DNA from: Rhodosalinus sp.
Lineage (GTDB): Bacteria; Pseudomonadota; Alphaproteobacteria; Rhodobacterales; Rhodobacteraceae
Length of the DNA stretch: 64,000 nt
Assembly: GCF_046542825.1 (NCBI RefSeq)
Contig: NZ_JBKHAQ010000002.1
Coordinates: forward strand, 5,407 to 69,406
Reading direction: 5' to 3'
Position numbers and translations under genes: made by a program
Shown here: in pieces, positions 29,560-39,978 of the stretch
How the letters are laid out: every line of letters starts with the position of its first letter
Numbering within the stretch: position 1 is the stretch's first letter
The notes under the pieces: generated by a model
Told to the model about the DNA's origin: nothing
What the model saw: the letters and a program-made list of their open reading frames with translations, nothing else
The model's database searches: none

Positions 29560-29577
29560 CGGGAACGCGCGTTCCCG
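29560..29577. terminator. Perfect 18-bp palindrome between convergent genes, possible terminator
   Basis: CGGGAACGCGCGTTCCCG; no clear U-tract. Confidence 0.35.
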
Positions 29578-29715
29578 GGACGCATCCGGCATTCGGCGCC
29601 CGCAGGACCGCATCCGCAGATGCCTGGCAGGGCGAAGAGCATCGTTCCCCGGCTTGCCGTCAGCGGCGCGGCCCGCCGGGCCGGCAGACCCGGGTCGCGC
29701 CAGACGGCGGCAGCC

Positions 29716-30714
29716 TTATCGTTCCGCCGCCATCCGGCGCGCGACGTCCAGCATCCGGCAGGAATAGCCCCATTCGTTGTCGTACCAGCCGAAGACGCGC
29801 AAGAGGCCCGTGGCGTTGACCGAGGTTTCGGGCCCGCTCATCACCACCGATTCGCAGCGCCCGCGCAGGTCGGACGACACCAGCGGCTGATCCGTCCAGC
29901 CAAAGACCGGCCCCTCCCGCGCCGCCGCGCGCAACGCGTCGTTCACCGCCTCGGCCGTCACCGGCACAGCCGTGGCGACCGTCAGGTCCACGCAGGAGAC
30001 GCTGGCGGTGGGCACGCGCAGCGCGCGCGCTTCCACGCGGCCCTCGAGATGCGGCAGAACCACGCCGATCAGCTTGCCGGCGGAGGTCGTGGTGGGCACC
30101 ATCGACAGCGCGGCGGCGCGCGACCTCTCGGGGGTGCCGCGCGGCTTGTCCACGGTGGGCTGGCTGCCGGTGTAGCAATGCACCGTCGTCATGTGCCCGC
30201 TTTCCACGCCCCATGCCTCGTCGAGCAGCCGCAGGAGCGGCGCGAGCGCATTGGTCGTGCAGGAGGCGTTCGAGACGATCGCCTGACCGGCGAGCCGCGC
30301 TTCGTTGGCGCCCAGCACCACCGTCAGATCCGCGGCGGGGGAGGGACCGGAGATCAGCACGCGGGACGCGCCCGCCGTCAGCCCCTGTTCGGCGATCTCG
30401 CGCGTGCTCGCGCGGCCTGTGCATTCCATCACGATGTCCACGCCCGAGAGGTCCAGCGCCGAAAGATCCCGCGATCGCGTGAGCGGGATGCGGTGCGGGC
30501 CGGTGACGAAGGCGTTGTCTTCCGCGGTCACCGGGTCGCCCCAGGGGCCGAAGACACTGTCGTAGGCAAAGAGATAGGCCAGCAGGTCGCCGGCCTCGAT
30601 ATCGTTGATGTGCACCAGTTCGACCCCTGGCGCCCCTGACAGGATCTGCCGGGCGAGGGTGCGTCCGATTCGGCCGAAGCCGTTGATCGCCACGCGGACG
30701 GGGCGCTGGGTCAT
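29716..30714 (-). CDS. gap: Type I glyceraldehyde-3-phosphate dehydrogenase family (GAPDH/Epd paralogue)
   Basis: AINGFGRIGR, SNASCTTNAL, WYDNEWGYS. Confidence 0.85.
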   Translation of the reverse strand: MTQRPVRVAINGFGRIGRTLARQILSGAPGVELVHINDIEAGDLLAYLFAYDSVFGPWGDPVTAEDNAFVTGPHRIPLTRSRDLSALDLSGVDIVMECTGRASTREIAEQGLTAGASRVLISGPSPAADLTVVLGANEARLAGQAIVSNASCTTNALAPLLRLLDEAWGVESGHMTTVHCYTGSQPTVDKPRGTPERSRAAALSMVPTTTSAGKLIGVVLPHLEGRVEARALRVPTASVSCVDLTVATAVPVTAEAVNDALRAAAREGPVFGWTDQPLVSSDLRGRCESVVMSGPETSVNATGLLRVFGWYDNEWGYSCRMLDVARRMAAER

Positions 30715-30870
30715 GGGGCCTCCGTGGAGCTGTTCATGGCCGGATGGCCGGTCGTGCGGGCTCTTGCAACCCGTCTCGTTTTGCGTTGCCCGACCGGGAA
30801 TGGGCGCTCAGCATCGCCGTGCAAGCCGCGCCGGAGGAGCGAGGACGCCCGGAAGGGCGGACGCGCGCGC

Positions 30871-31050
30871 TCAGAAATCCACGGCGATGCCCTTGCGTTC
30901 CCAGTCGCCGTAGCGCACCGGCTCGGGACCGTCGCGGCCGCCCAGTTCCGGCGGAAGCTCCAGCGCCCTGGCCTTCTTGCGGCGCTCCTCGGCCTCGGCA
31001 AGGGCGCGCTGCGCCGCGGGCGGCAGGTCGTCGCGTGTGCTGTCGGTCAT
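30871..31050 (-). CDS. DUF1674 / SdhAF4-like small protein
   Basis: ELGGRDGPEPVRYGDWERKGIAVDF C-terminus. Confidence 0.9.
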   Translation of the reverse strand: MTDSTRDDLPPAAQRALAEAEERRKKARALELPPELGGRDGPEPVRYGDWERKGIAVDF

Positions 31051-31116
31051 GGCCTTCCCCTGCTCTCGTGGCGCTGATATAGCCCTGCCTTCCGCCGCAG
31101 CCAAGCAGGTCGCCCG

Positions 31117-32406
31117 ATGTCCCGACGCCCGCGCCCCGCCGGCCGCGAGGGCCAGCCGGCCCGCCGCGCGGCGCTGACGCTCTTTCTTTCCGTTCTCGAC
31201 GAATGCCGCCCGCTGGCAGAGGAAGAGCCCGTGCTCGCCCCCCTGCCGCCCGCCGATCGCGCCCGTGCCCGGCGGCTGGTGCTCGGGGCGTTTCGCGGCC
31301 TCGCGCGCGCCGATGCGCTGCTTGCCCCGCGCCTGCAACGGCGCCCGCCGCCTGCGGCTTTGGCGGCGCTGCGCCTTGGCACCGTGGAGCTTGCGCAGGG
31401 CGGCGCGGCGCATGGCGTGGTCAACGACTGGGTGCAGGTCGTGGCCGGCGCGGGCCGCAAACCCGCCGCGGCGCGCGGCATGGTCAACGCGGTGCTGCGG
31501 CAAATGGCGCAGGTGGCGCCGGCGCAGTGGGATGCGCTTCCGGTGCCGGCGTTGCCCGACTGGCTGCGCGCGCCGATGGTCGCGGCCTGGGGCGAGGCAG
31601 CGGCGGCGGGGATAGAGGCTGCGCATCTGGCCGGCGCGCCGCTCGACATCACGCCAAAGGGCGACGCGGCGGCGCTGGCCGCGCGGCTGGGGGGCGAGGT
31701 GCTGCCCACCGGCTCTGTGCGCCTGTCGCGCGGCGCGCAGGTCTCGGCCCTGCCTGGCTATGCGGAGGGTGAGTGGTGGGTTCAGGACGCCGCCGCCGCG
31801 CTGCCCGCGCGTGCGCTCGCCGCCCGGCCGGGCGAGCGGGTGCTCGACCTTTGCGCCGCGCCCGGCGGCAAGACCATGCAGCTTGCCGCGACGGGGGCGG
31901 AGGTGACCGCGCTCGATCTCTCGCCCGCCCGGCTCGAGCGGGTGGCGGCCAACCTCGCGCGCACGGGCCTGTCGGCGCGGCTGCTGGCCGGGGATGCCCG
32001 CGACCACGCGGGCGGCCCCTACGACGCGATCCTGCTCGATGCGCCCTGTTCCGCCACAGGCACGATCCGCCGCCACCCGGAACTGCCGCACATCCGCGAC
32101 GGCAGCGGCCTGCCGGACCTCGTGCAGTTGCAGGCGCAGATGATCGATCGTGCCGCCGCCCTGCTGGCGCCGGGAGGGCGGCTTGTCTGTTGCACCTGCT
32201 CGCTGCTTCCCGAAGAGGGCGAGGCGCAGGTTGCCGCGGCACTTGCGCGTCATCCTGCCCTGCGCCCGGACCCCGACGCCCTGTGCCTGCCCGGCGTTCA
32301 GGCCGACTGGATCGGCGCGCAGGGTCTGCGCCTGCGCCCGGATTACTGGGCCGAACTTGGCGGGATGGACGGATTCTTCGTCGCCGCACTGCGGCGCGTG
32401 GCCTGA
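31117..32406 (+). CDS. rsmB: RsmB/NOP family RNA m5C methyltransferase with NusB-like N-terminus
   Basis: VNAVLR, WWVQD, LDLCAAPGGKT, LLDAPCSATGTIRRHP, TCSL. Confidence 0.9.
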   Translation: MSRRPRPAGREGQPARRAALTLFLSVLDECRPLAEEEPVLAPLPPADRARARRLVLGAFRGLARADALLAPRLQRRPPPAALAALRLGTVELAQGGAAHGVVNDWVQVVAGAGRKPAAARGMVNAVLRQMAQVAPAQWDALPVPALPDWLRAPMVAAWGEAAAAGIEAAHLAGAPLDITPKGDAAALAARLGGEVLPTGSVRLSRGAQVSALPGYAEGEWWVQDAAAALPARALAARPGERVLDLCAAPGGKTMQLAATGAEVTALDLSPARLERVAANLARTGLSARLLAGDARDHAGGPYDAILLDAPCSATGTIRRHPELPHIRDGSGLPDLVQLQAQMIDRAAALLAPGGRLVCCTCSLLPEEGEAQVAAALARHPALRPDPDALCLPGVQADWIGAQGLRLRPDYWAELGGMDGFFVAALRRVA

Positions 32407-32496
32407 ACCCCTCACCGTGCCGGCCTGATTCGGCGGGCCGGTGACTTCATGCCGCGCTGTGGCTATGATCCGATGAAAGGGGCCGCGCAGGCGGGC

Positions 32497-34260
32497 ATGG
32501 GGCGAACGGGCGGATATTTGCAGAAGTGGGGCGCGCGCTGGACGCGAGCCGCCAACCGCTATGCCGCCTGGCGTGCCACGCGCGGCCGCGCCGCGACCGC
32601 CTTCGTCTCGCAGCCCGAGCCGCGCACCATCGGCAGCTTGCCGCGCGGCCGTCAGCTTCTGGCCGGGAACCTGATGTTCGCGGGCCATCTGGTCGAGGCG
32701 CCGGAGGCCGACCTCTGGGATCTTGGCGTGCCCGACCGGGCCTTTCTGGACGAGACGCAGGAATTCGGCTGGCTCGACGATCTGGCGGCGGTGGGCGATG
32801 GGCGGGCGCGGCGGCTGGCGCAGCGCTGGCTTGCGGGCTGGATCGCGCGCTACGGCCGTGGCCGCGGGCCGGGCTGGACGCCCGACCTGACGGCGCGCCG
32901 GATGACGCGCTGGATGCATCACGCCGTCTTCCTGCTGCAGGGGCAGAGCGCGGAGGCACAGACGGCCTATTTCCGCGCGCTCGCCGCGCAGGCCGATTTC
33001 CTGTCGCGCCGGTGGAAAGCCACCTCGCCCGGCCTGCCGCGGTTCGAGGCGCTTTGCGGTCTGGTGCAGGCGGGCCTCGCGCTGGAGGGGATGGGCCGCC
33101 TGCTGGCGCCGGCGCAGAAGGGACTGGAACGCAGCTGCCGGGATCGGATCGACGCCGGCGGCGGCATCGCCACCCGCAACCCCGAGGAGCTGATGGAGGT
33201 GCTGAGCCTGCTTGCCTGGACCGAGGCGGCGCTGCGCGAGGCCGGCCGCGGGGCCGGGCCCGAGCACGCCGCCGCGATGCGGCGCATCGCGCCAGCGCTG
33301 CGCGCGCTGCGTCACGCCGACGGCAGCCTGCCGCGCTTTCACGGCGGCGGGCGCGGCGCGCAGGGCAGGCTTGACGCGGCGCTTTTCGCCGCAGGCGCGC
33401 GCGAGGTGCGGCACGAGGGCCTTGCCATGGGATACGCGCGGCTGTCCGCCGGCCGGACCAGCGTGATCGTGGATGCCGCGCCACCGCCATCGGGTGCCGC
33501 CAGCCGCGATGCCCATGCCGCGACACTGGCGATGGAAGTGACCTCGGGGCGCCGTCCGCTGATCGTCAATTGCGGTGCGGGCGAAGGCTTCGGTTCCGCC
33601 TGGCGCCGGGCGGCACGCTCCACGCCGTCGCATTCCACGCTGGTCGTCGAGGAGCTGTCGAGCGCGCAGCTGGGCGTGGCTGCGCCCGGTCAGCGCAGCG
33701 ACCGCGCGCCGCTGGTGTCCGGCCCCGCGCGGGTGCCCGTCGAGGTCATGCAGACGGACACCGGCGCCCGCCGGTTCGAGGCCGGGCACGACGGCTACCT
33801 GGCGGAGTTCGGCCTGACCCATGCGCGGGTGCTGGAACTGTCGGCGGACGGCCGCACGATAGCGGGCGAGGACCTGCTGCTGGCGCTCGAGGAGGCGGAC
33901 AAGCGCCGCTTCGACGCGGCGCTGGACGCGCGCCGGCTGCGCGGAATTGCCTGGCATCTGCGGTTTCACCTGCATCCCGACGCCGATGCGGAACTCGACA
34001 TGGGCGGCCACGCGGTCTCTGTCGCGCTGCGCTCGGGCGAGATCTGGGTCTTTCGCCACGACGGGCGGGTGCGGATGACGCTGGAGCCTTCCGTCTACCT
34101 GGAGCGCGGGCGGCTCCGGCCGCGGGAGACGAAACAGATCGTTTTATCCGGCCGCGCGCTGGAGTATGGCACGCGTGTCCGCTGGTCCCTGGCCAAGGCG
34201 CAGGACACCGCGCTCGCGGTGCGCGACTTCGCGATGGACGCGGCGGACGCCTTGGAATGA
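32497..34260 (+). CDS. Heparinase II/III-like protein (start uncertain, 32449-32497)
   Basis: [54 protein letters not shown]; usual rsmB-hep-purH context. Confidence 0.85.
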   Translation: MGRTGGYLQKWGARWTRAANRYAAWRATRGRAATAFVSQPEPRTIGSLPRGRQLLAGNLMFAGHLVEAPEADLWDLGVPDRAFLDETQEFGWLDDLAAVGDGRARRLAQRWLAGWIARYGRGRGPGWTPDLTARRMTRWMHHAVFLLQGQSAEAQTAYFRALAAQADFLSRRWKATSPGLPRFEALCGLVQAGLALEGMGRLLAPAQKGLERSCRDRIDAGGGIATRNPEELMEVLSLLAWTEAALREAGRGAGPEHAAAMRRIAPALRALRHADGSLPRFHGGGRGAQGRLDAALFAAGAREVRHEGLAMGYARLSAGRTSVIVDAAPPPSGAASRDAHAATLAMEVTSGRRPLIVNCGAGEGFGSAWRRAARSTPSHSTLVVEELSSAQLGVAAPGQRSDRAPLVSGPARVPVEVMQTDTGARRFEAGHDGYLAEFGLTHARVLELSADGRTIAGEDLLLALEEADKRRFDAALDARRLRGIAWHLRFHLHPDADAELDMGGHAVSVALRSGEIWVFRHDGRVRMTLEPSVYLERGRLRPRETKQIVLSGRALEYGTRVRWSLAKAQDTALAVRDFAMDAADALE

Positions 34261-34279
34261 TACCCGGAGCCCGTGCCTC

Positions 34280-35869
34280 ATGCCCGATCTCGTCCCGCTG
34301 CGCCGTGCGCTGATCTCCGTCTCCGACAAAACCGGCCTGACCGAACTGGGCCAGGCGCTGGTCGCGCGCGGGGTCGAGATCCTGTCAACCGGCGGCACGG
34401 CGCAGGCGCTTCGCGAGGCGGGCTGCCCGGTGACCGACGTGGCCGAGGTGACGGGGATGCCCGAGATGATGGGCGGCCGGGTCAAGACCCTGCATCCGGC
34501 GGTGCACGGCGGGCTGCTGGCACTGCGCGAGGATCCCGCGCATCTGACCGCGATGGAGGAGCACGGCATCGCGCCCATCGACCTTCTGGTGGTCAACCTC
34601 TACCCCTTCGAGGCGACGGTTGCGGCCGGCGCGGATGCGGCGCAGGCGATCGAGCAGATCGACATCGGCGGGCCGGCGATGATCCGCGCGGCGGCCAAGA
34701 ACCACGCCCATGTCGCTGCCGTGGTGGATGTGGAGGATTATGCCGCGCTGCTGGCGGAACTCGAGGCCAACGATGGCGCGACGACGCTGGCCTTTCGGCA
34801 GGGGCTGGCGCTGACGGCCTTCGGGCGCACCGCGGCCTATGACGCGGCGGTGAGCGGCTGGATGGCCGGGCGCCTCGGCGTTTTCGCCCCGCGGCGGCGG
34901 GTGATGGCGGGCAGGCTTGCGGAGGAGCTGCGCTACGGCGAGAACCCGCACCAGCGCGCGGCTTTCTACACGGAGGGCGCGCCCGGGCCGAGCGTCGCCA
35001 GCGCCACGCAGCTGCAGGGCAAGGCACTGAGCTACAACAACATCAACGACACCGACGCGGCCCTTGCGCTGGCGGCCGAGTTCGCCGCCGCCGACGGGCC
35101 GGCCTGCGTGATCGTCAAGCACGCCAATCCCTGCGGCGTGGCGCGCGGTGCCTCGGCGCTCGAGGCCTATCGCAAGGCGCTCGACTGCGACCGGGTCAGC
35201 GCCTTCGGCGGGATCGTCGCGCTCAACACGCCACTCGATGCCGAGACGGCACGCGCGATCCTGGGGCTCTTCACCGAGGTGGTGATCGCGCCGGGGATCA
35301 GCGACGAGGCGCAGGCGCTCTTCGCCGAAAAGCCCAACCTGCGGCTGCTGCTGGCACCGGGGATGCCGGACCCGGCCGAGGCGGGCCTCGCCGTGAGGCA
35401 GGTGGCGGGCGGCTGGCTGGTGCAGGACGCCGACACCCGCATGGTCGCGCCCGAGGCGCTGCAGGTCGTCACGAAGCGCGCGCCCACGCCGGCGGAACTG
35501 GCCGACATGCGCTTTGCCTGGGCGGTGGCCAAGCACGTCAAATCCAACGCCATCGTCTACGCGAAGGACGGCGCCACCGTGGGCATCGGCGCCGGTCAGA
35601 TGAGCCGCGTGGATTCGGCCCGCATCGCCGCCGAAAAGGCGCGCGCCATGGCCGGGGCGCTGGGACTGGGCGAGCCGCCCACGGTGGGCGCCGCCGTGGC
35701 CTCGGACGCCTTCTTTCCCTTCGCGGACGGGATCGAGGCGCTGGCCGCGGCGGGTGCCACGGCGGTGATCCAGCCCGGCGGCTCGATGCGCGACGCGGAG
35801 GTGATCGAGGCGGCCGAGGCGCACGGGATCGCCATGGTCCTTACCGGAGAGCGGCATTTCCGGCACTGA
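34280..35869 (+). CDS. purH: Bifunctional AICAR transformylase/IMP cyclohydrolase
   Basis: [49 protein letters not shown]. Confidence 0.97.
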   Translation: MPDLVPLRRALISVSDKTGLTELGQALVARGVEILSTGGTAQALREAGCPVTDVAEVTGMPEMMGGRVKTLHPAVHGGLLALREDPAHLTAMEEHGIAPIDLLVVNLYPFEATVAAGADAAQAIEQIDIGGPAMIRAAAKNHAHVAAVVDVEDYAALLAELEANDGATTLAFRQGLALTAFGRTAAYDAAVSGWMAGRLGVFAPRRRVMAGRLAEELRYGENPHQRAAFYTEGAPGPSVASATQLQGKALSYNNINDTDAALALAAEFAAADGPACVIVKHANPCGVARGASALEAYRKALDCDRVSAFGGIVALNTPLDAETARAILGLFTEVVIAPGISDEAQALFAEKPNLRLLLAPGMPDPAEAGLAVRQVAGGWLVQDADTRMVAPEALQVVTKRAPTPAELADMRFAWAVAKHVKSNAIVYAKDGATVGIGAGQMSRVDSARIAAEKARAMAGALGLGEPPTVGAAVASDAFFPFADGIEALAAAGATAVIQPGGSMRDAEVIEAAEAHGIAMVLTGERHFRH

Positions 35870-35878
35870 GCGCGGGCA

Positions 35879-35947
35879 AAGGGGGGGGCTCTGCCCCCCG
35901 TCCGGCTGCGCCGGACTCCCCCCGGGGTATTTTCAGCAAGAGGAAGG
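35879..35947 (+). repeat. GC-hairpin intergenic repeat, family B copy 2
   Basis: GGGGGGGGCTCTGCCCCCC / GTCCGGCTGCGCCGGAC / CCCCCCGGGGTATTT-N5-AAGAGGAAGG. Confidence 0.85.
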
Positions 35948-35975
35948 ACCGACGGGTGCAGGAAGGGGCTGAACG

Positions 35976-36455
35976 GTGCGGCTGATGAGCTGGGTCGCGG
36001 TGGCGGTCTTCGTGATCGACCAGGCGCTGAAATACTACGTGGTGCATGTGCTGGCGCTGGCGCAGGTGCGGGCGATCGACGTGTTTCCGCCCTATCTGAA
36101 CCTGCGCATGGCCTGGAACACGGGGATAAACTTCGGCCTGTTCTCCGGCGGATCGGACACGGCGCGCTGGGTGCTGATCGGCCTTGCGCTGGCGATCTCG
36201 CTCGCTGTCGTCGTCTGGATGTGGCGCGATCCTCCGGGGCGGTGGGGGCTGGTCGCGGCCGGGCTGCTGGTGGGAGGTGCGCTGGGCAACGTGGTCGACC
36301 GGCTGGTTTATGGCGCGGTGGCAGATTTCCTGAACATGTCGTGCTGCGGGATCGACAATCCCTTTGCCTTCAACGTGGCCGACATCTCGATCTTCGCGGG
36401 TGCGCTGGGGCTGGTGGTCTTCACCGGTGAGGGGTCGGGCAAGAAGACCCCGTGA
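35976..36455 (+). CDS. lspA: Lipoprotein signal peptidase II
   Basis: [35 protein letters not shown]. Confidence 0.95.
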   Translation: MRLMSWVAVAVFVIDQALKYYVVHVLALAQVRAIDVFPPYLNLRMAWNTGINFGLFSGGSDTARWVLIGLALAISLAVVVWMWRDPPGRWGLVAAGLLVGGALGNVVDRLVYGAVADFLNMSCCGIDNPFAFNVADISIFAGALGLVVFTGEGSGKKTP

Positions 36456-36505
36456 CGCGCGGCGCCGGATGGGATAGACCTGCGCCCGAACGACGGAGGG
36501 TGACG

Positions 36506-37024
36506 ATGCGGGCGCTACGCTTGGCGGTGCTGGGACTGACCCTGACGGGGATTGCGGCCTGCAGCAACGACGGCCGGCTGCGGGATTTCTCGAATCCCGC
36601 CGAGGGGCCCGAGGAATTCGCCGTCGTGCCCAACAAACCCCTGCAGCAGCCGCCGTCCTTCGCGGAGCTTCCGCCGCCGGCGCCGGGCGGGGCCAGTCGC
36701 ACGGACCTGACGCCCAATGCGGATGCGGTGGCGGCGCTGGGCGGCAACCCGGCGCGGCTTGCGCCCTCGGGCGTGCCGGCGTCGGACGCGGCGCTGGTGG
36801 CATCCGCGCAGCGTTACGGCGTGCCGGAGAACATCCGCTCCCAGCTTGCGGCGGAGGATGCGGCCTTCCGCAGGGGCAAGTCGCGGTTCACCAACATCCG
36901 GATCGTTGCCGTCGACCGCTACAGCCAGGCCTACCGCAGCCAGGCGCTCGATCCCTTCGAGGCGCAGCGGCAGTATCGCGCGGCGGGCGCGCGCACGCCG
37001 ACCGCGCCCCCGGAGCTGCGTTGA
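36506..37024 (+). CDS. DUF3035 family lipoprotein
   Basis: Lipobox IAAC; GPEEFAVVPNKPL..P...LPPPAPG. Confidence 0.82.
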   Translation: MRALRLAVLGLTLTGIAACSNDGRLRDFSNPAEGPEEFAVVPNKPLQQPPSFAELPPPAPGGASRTDLTPNADAVAALGGNPARLAPSGVPASDAALVASAQRYGVPENIRSQLAAEDAAFRRGKSRFTNIRIVAVDRYSQAYRSQALDPFEAQRQYRAAGARTPTAPPELR

Positions 37025-37106
37025 GCGCGCTCACAAAGGCGTAGGCGCGGCTTGATCTCTTGTCGAAGCCGCCCAGTTGCAAGCTGGGCATGAATGGAGG
37101 TGGCGG

Positions 37107-38513
37107 ATGCGCCGACTCGCGAAAACGCTGGCTGTGGTTCTGGCGCTTGGCCCGGCCGCAGCCGGGATGGCGGCAGAGAACGTCACGGGCTTCACCCTCG
37201 ACAACGGGATGGAGGTCGTGGTGATCGAGGATCACCGCGCACCGCTCGTGGTGCACATGGTCTGGTATCGCGCGGGCGCGGCGGACGAGCCGCCGGGCCA
37301 GTCGGGCGCCGCGCATTTCCTCGAGCACCTGATGTTCAAGGGCACCGAAGAGCTTGAGCCGGGCGAGTTCTCGGCCACCGTCGCGGCGCAGGGCGGGCGG
37401 GACAATGCCTTTACCAGTTACGACTACACCGCCTATTTCCAGCGGGTGGCGGCCGACCGGCTGGGCCTGATGATGGAGATGGAAGCCGACCGGATGACCA
37501 ACCTCGCACTTGCCGAGGAGGACATCGTGACAGAGCGCGGCGTCGTGCTGGAGGAGCGCAACCAGCGGGTGGAGAACGAGCCCGGCGCGCTCTTCCGCGA
37601 GCAGGTCTCGGCGGCGCTGTGGCTCAACCATCCCTACGGCGCGCCGGTGATCGGCTGGCAGCACGAGATCGCGGCGCTGGATGAGGCGGCGGTCAAGGCC
37701 TTCTACCGCCGCTTCTATGCGCCCAACAACGCGATCCTGATCGTGGCGGGCGACACCACGCCCGAAGAGGTTCGGCGGCTGGCCGAAGAACACTATGGCC
37801 CGATCCCGGAGAACCCCGCGGTAAGGGCCCTGGACCGGCCGAAGGAGCCGCCGCACCGCGCCGCCCGCCGCGTCAAGATGGAGGATGCGCGCGTCGCCCA
37901 GCCCTACGTGATGCGCCAGTATCGCGCGCCCAAGCGGAATCCGGGCGATCAGGAACAGGCCGCGGCACTGCTTCTGCTGGCCGAGATCCTGGGCGGCGGG
38001 CAGACCTCGGTCCTCACGCAGCGGCTGCAGTTCGAAGAGCAGCTTTCGGTCTATGCCGGGGCCTATTACGGCGCGACGCGGCGGGACGATTCGACCATCG
38101 GCTTCTTCGTCGTGCCCTCGGAGGGCGTGTCGCTGGAGGAAGCCGAGGAGGCGCTGGACCGCGTTCTGGAGGACTTCATGGAAACGGGCGTGGATTCCGA
38201 ACAGCTGGATCGCATCAAGCTGCAGCTGCGCGCCTCGCTGATCTACGAGCGGGACGATGTGCAGGCGCTGGCCAACCGGTACGGCCGGGCGCTGGCCTCG
38301 GGCCTCACGCTCGACGATATCGCGGCCTGGCCCGAGGTGCTGCAGGCGGTGACCGAAGAGGACATCATGGCGGTGGCGCGCGAGGTGCTGGTTCCCGAAA
38401 GCTCGGTCACAGGCTGGCTGTCGGCTGGCGACTCGCCTGTCCCCGCGCCGGACGCGGGCCAGCCCGCGCTGCCGGACGCGGGGGCCGTGACGCCCGAGGA
38501 GGTGACGCAATGA
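37107..38513 (+). CDS. M16 family zinc metallopeptidase, catalytic subunit, exported
   Basis: Signal peptide; AHFLEHLMFKGT (HxxEH), NAFTSYDYTAY, ERGVVLEER. Confidence 0.93.
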   Translation: MRRLAKTLAVVLALGPAAAGMAAENVTGFTLDNGMEVVVIEDHRAPLVVHMVWYRAGAADEPPGQSGAAHFLEHLMFKGTEELEPGEFSATVAAQGGRDNAFTSYDYTAYFQRVAADRLGLMMEMEADRMTNLALAEEDIVTERGVVLEERNQRVENEPGALFREQVSAALWLNHPYGAPVIGWQHEIAALDEAAVKAFYRRFYAPNNAILIVAGDTTPEEVRRLAEEHYGPIPENPAVRALDRPKEPPHRAARRVKMEDARVAQPYVMRQYRAPKRNPGDQEQAAALLLLAEILGGGQTSVLTQRLQFEEQLSVYAGAYYGATRRDDSTIGFFVVPSEGVSLEEAEEALDRVLEDFMETGVDSEQLDRIKLQLRASLIYERDDVQALANRYGRALASGLTLDDIAAWPEVLQAVTEEDIMAVAREVLVPESSVTGWLSAGDSPVPAPDAGQPALPDAGAVTPEEVTQ

Positions 38514-39850
38514 CGCCCCGTTTCTTCTCCCGTCTCGCGGCTGCGATGCTGCTGACGCTCGCCGCGGCCTTGCCCGCGCGCGCCGCGGTCGAGATCGAGG
38601 AAGTGACCAGCCCGGGCGGCATCACCGCATGGCTGGTCGAGGATCGGAACATTCCCTTCGTCGCGCTCGAAATCCGCTTTCAGGGCGGCACCTCGCTGGA
38701 CGCGCCGGGCAAGCGGGGCGCGGTGCATCTGATGACCTCGCTGCTCGGGGAGGGCGCGGGCGACATGGACGCGCAGGGCTTTGCCCGCGCGGTCGAGGGC
38801 GTGGCGGCGGATTTCGACTATGACGCCGGCGACGACGTCGTCTCGGTCTCCGCCCGCTTCCTGACCGAGACGCGGGACGAGGCGGTGGAGTTGTTGCGTG
38901 CCTCGCTGGTCGAGCCGCGCTTCGATGCGGACGCGGTCGAGCGGGTCCGCGCGCAGGCGGTCTCGGCCATCCGGTCGGATCTGCAGGATCCGTCGGTGAT
39001 CGCGGGCCGCGCCTTCGACAGGGTGGCCTTTGGCGATCATCCCTACGGCACCGCACCCGACGGCACGCCGGAAAGTGTCGCTGCGCTGACCCGCGACGAC
39101 CTGATCGCGGCGCATGGCGACGCGCTCGCGCGCGACCGGATCTTCGTGGGCGCGGCGGGCGACATCACGGCAGAGGAACTGGGCGCGCTGCTCGACGAGC
39201 TCTTGGGCGATCTGCCGGCAGAGGGCGCGCCGCTGCCCGAGGACGCGGAAGTTGGCCTGTCAGGCGGCGTCAAGGTGGTGGAATTCGACACGCCGCAGTC
39301 GGTCGCGGTCTTCGGGCACGAGGGCCTGCCGCGCGACCACGAGGATTTCTTCGAGGCCTTCGTGCTGAACCAGATCGTGGGCGGCGGCGGCTTCGAAAGC
39401 CGTCTGATGCAGGAAGTGCGCGAGAAGCGGGGCCTGACCTACGGCGTCTATTCCTACCTCGCGCCGAAGGATCACGCGGCGCTCTACCTGGGGCGCGTGG
39501 CCTCTGCCAACGACCGCATCGCGGAGGCGATCGGGGTGATCCGCGACGAGTGGGAAAGCGTGGCCGAGGAGGGCGTGAGCGCGCAGGAGCTGGAGGATGC
39601 CAAGACCTATCTGACCGGCGCCTATCCGCTGCGCTTCGACGGGAACGGTCCGATCGCCAACATCCTCGTCGGCATGCAGATGGACGGGCTGCCGATCGAC
39701 TATGCAGAGACCCGCAACGACAAGGTGCGTGCGATGACGCTGGAGGAAATCAACCGTGTCGCCGCCGACCTCTTCGATCCCGAAAGCCTGACCTTCGTCG
39801 TGGCCGGCCGGCCCGAGGGCCTGGAGGACGCCGAGCCCTTGTCGCAGTAA
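38510..39850 (+). CDS. M16 family peptidase, non-catalytic partner subunit
   Basis: Signal peptide; lacks HxxEH; SRLMQEVREKRGLTYGV; ATGA overlap. Confidence 0.9.
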   Translation: MTPRFFSRLAAAMLLTLAAALPARAAVEIEEVTSPGGITAWLVEDRNIPFVALEIRFQGGTSLDAPGKRGAVHLMTSLLGEGAGDMDAQGFARAVEGVAADFDYDAGDDVVSVSARFLTETRDEAVELLRASLVEPRFDADAVERVRAQAVSAIRSDLQDPSVIAGRAFDRVAFGDHPYGTAPDGTPESVAALTRDDLIAAHGDALARDRIFVGAAGDITAEELGALLDELLGDLPAEGAPLPEDAEVGLSGGVKVVEFDTPQSVAVFGHEGLPRDHEDFFEAFVLNQIVGGGGFESRLMQEVREKRGLTYGVYSYLAPKDHAALYLGRVASANDRIAEAIGVIRDEWESVAEEGVSAQELEDAKTYLTGAYPLRFDGNGPIANILVGMQMDGLPIDYAETRNDKVRAMTLEEINRVAADLFDPESLTFVVAGRPEGLEDAEPLSQ

Positions 39851-39912
39851 GGCGTGACGGGCAGTGAGGCGTGACGGTCAGTGAGGCGTGACCAGAAGTG
39901 AGGCTTGACCAG
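39845..39912. repeat. Tandem repeat, 4 x 17 bp
   Basis: CAGTAAGGCGTGACGGG / CAGTGAGGCGTGACGGT / CAGTGAGGCGTGACCAG / AAGTGAGGCTTGACCAG. Confidence 0.85.
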
Positions 39913-39978
39913 ATCGTGCGGGCGCATCCCGCCACAGGGCGCACCGCAGGGTGCGACGAGCGCATGCCGCAGATGGCC

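Noticed and set aside
39845-39912. Tandem repeat as a CRISPR array
   Set aside because: Units are 17 bp and contiguous with no spacers; no cas genes in the window.
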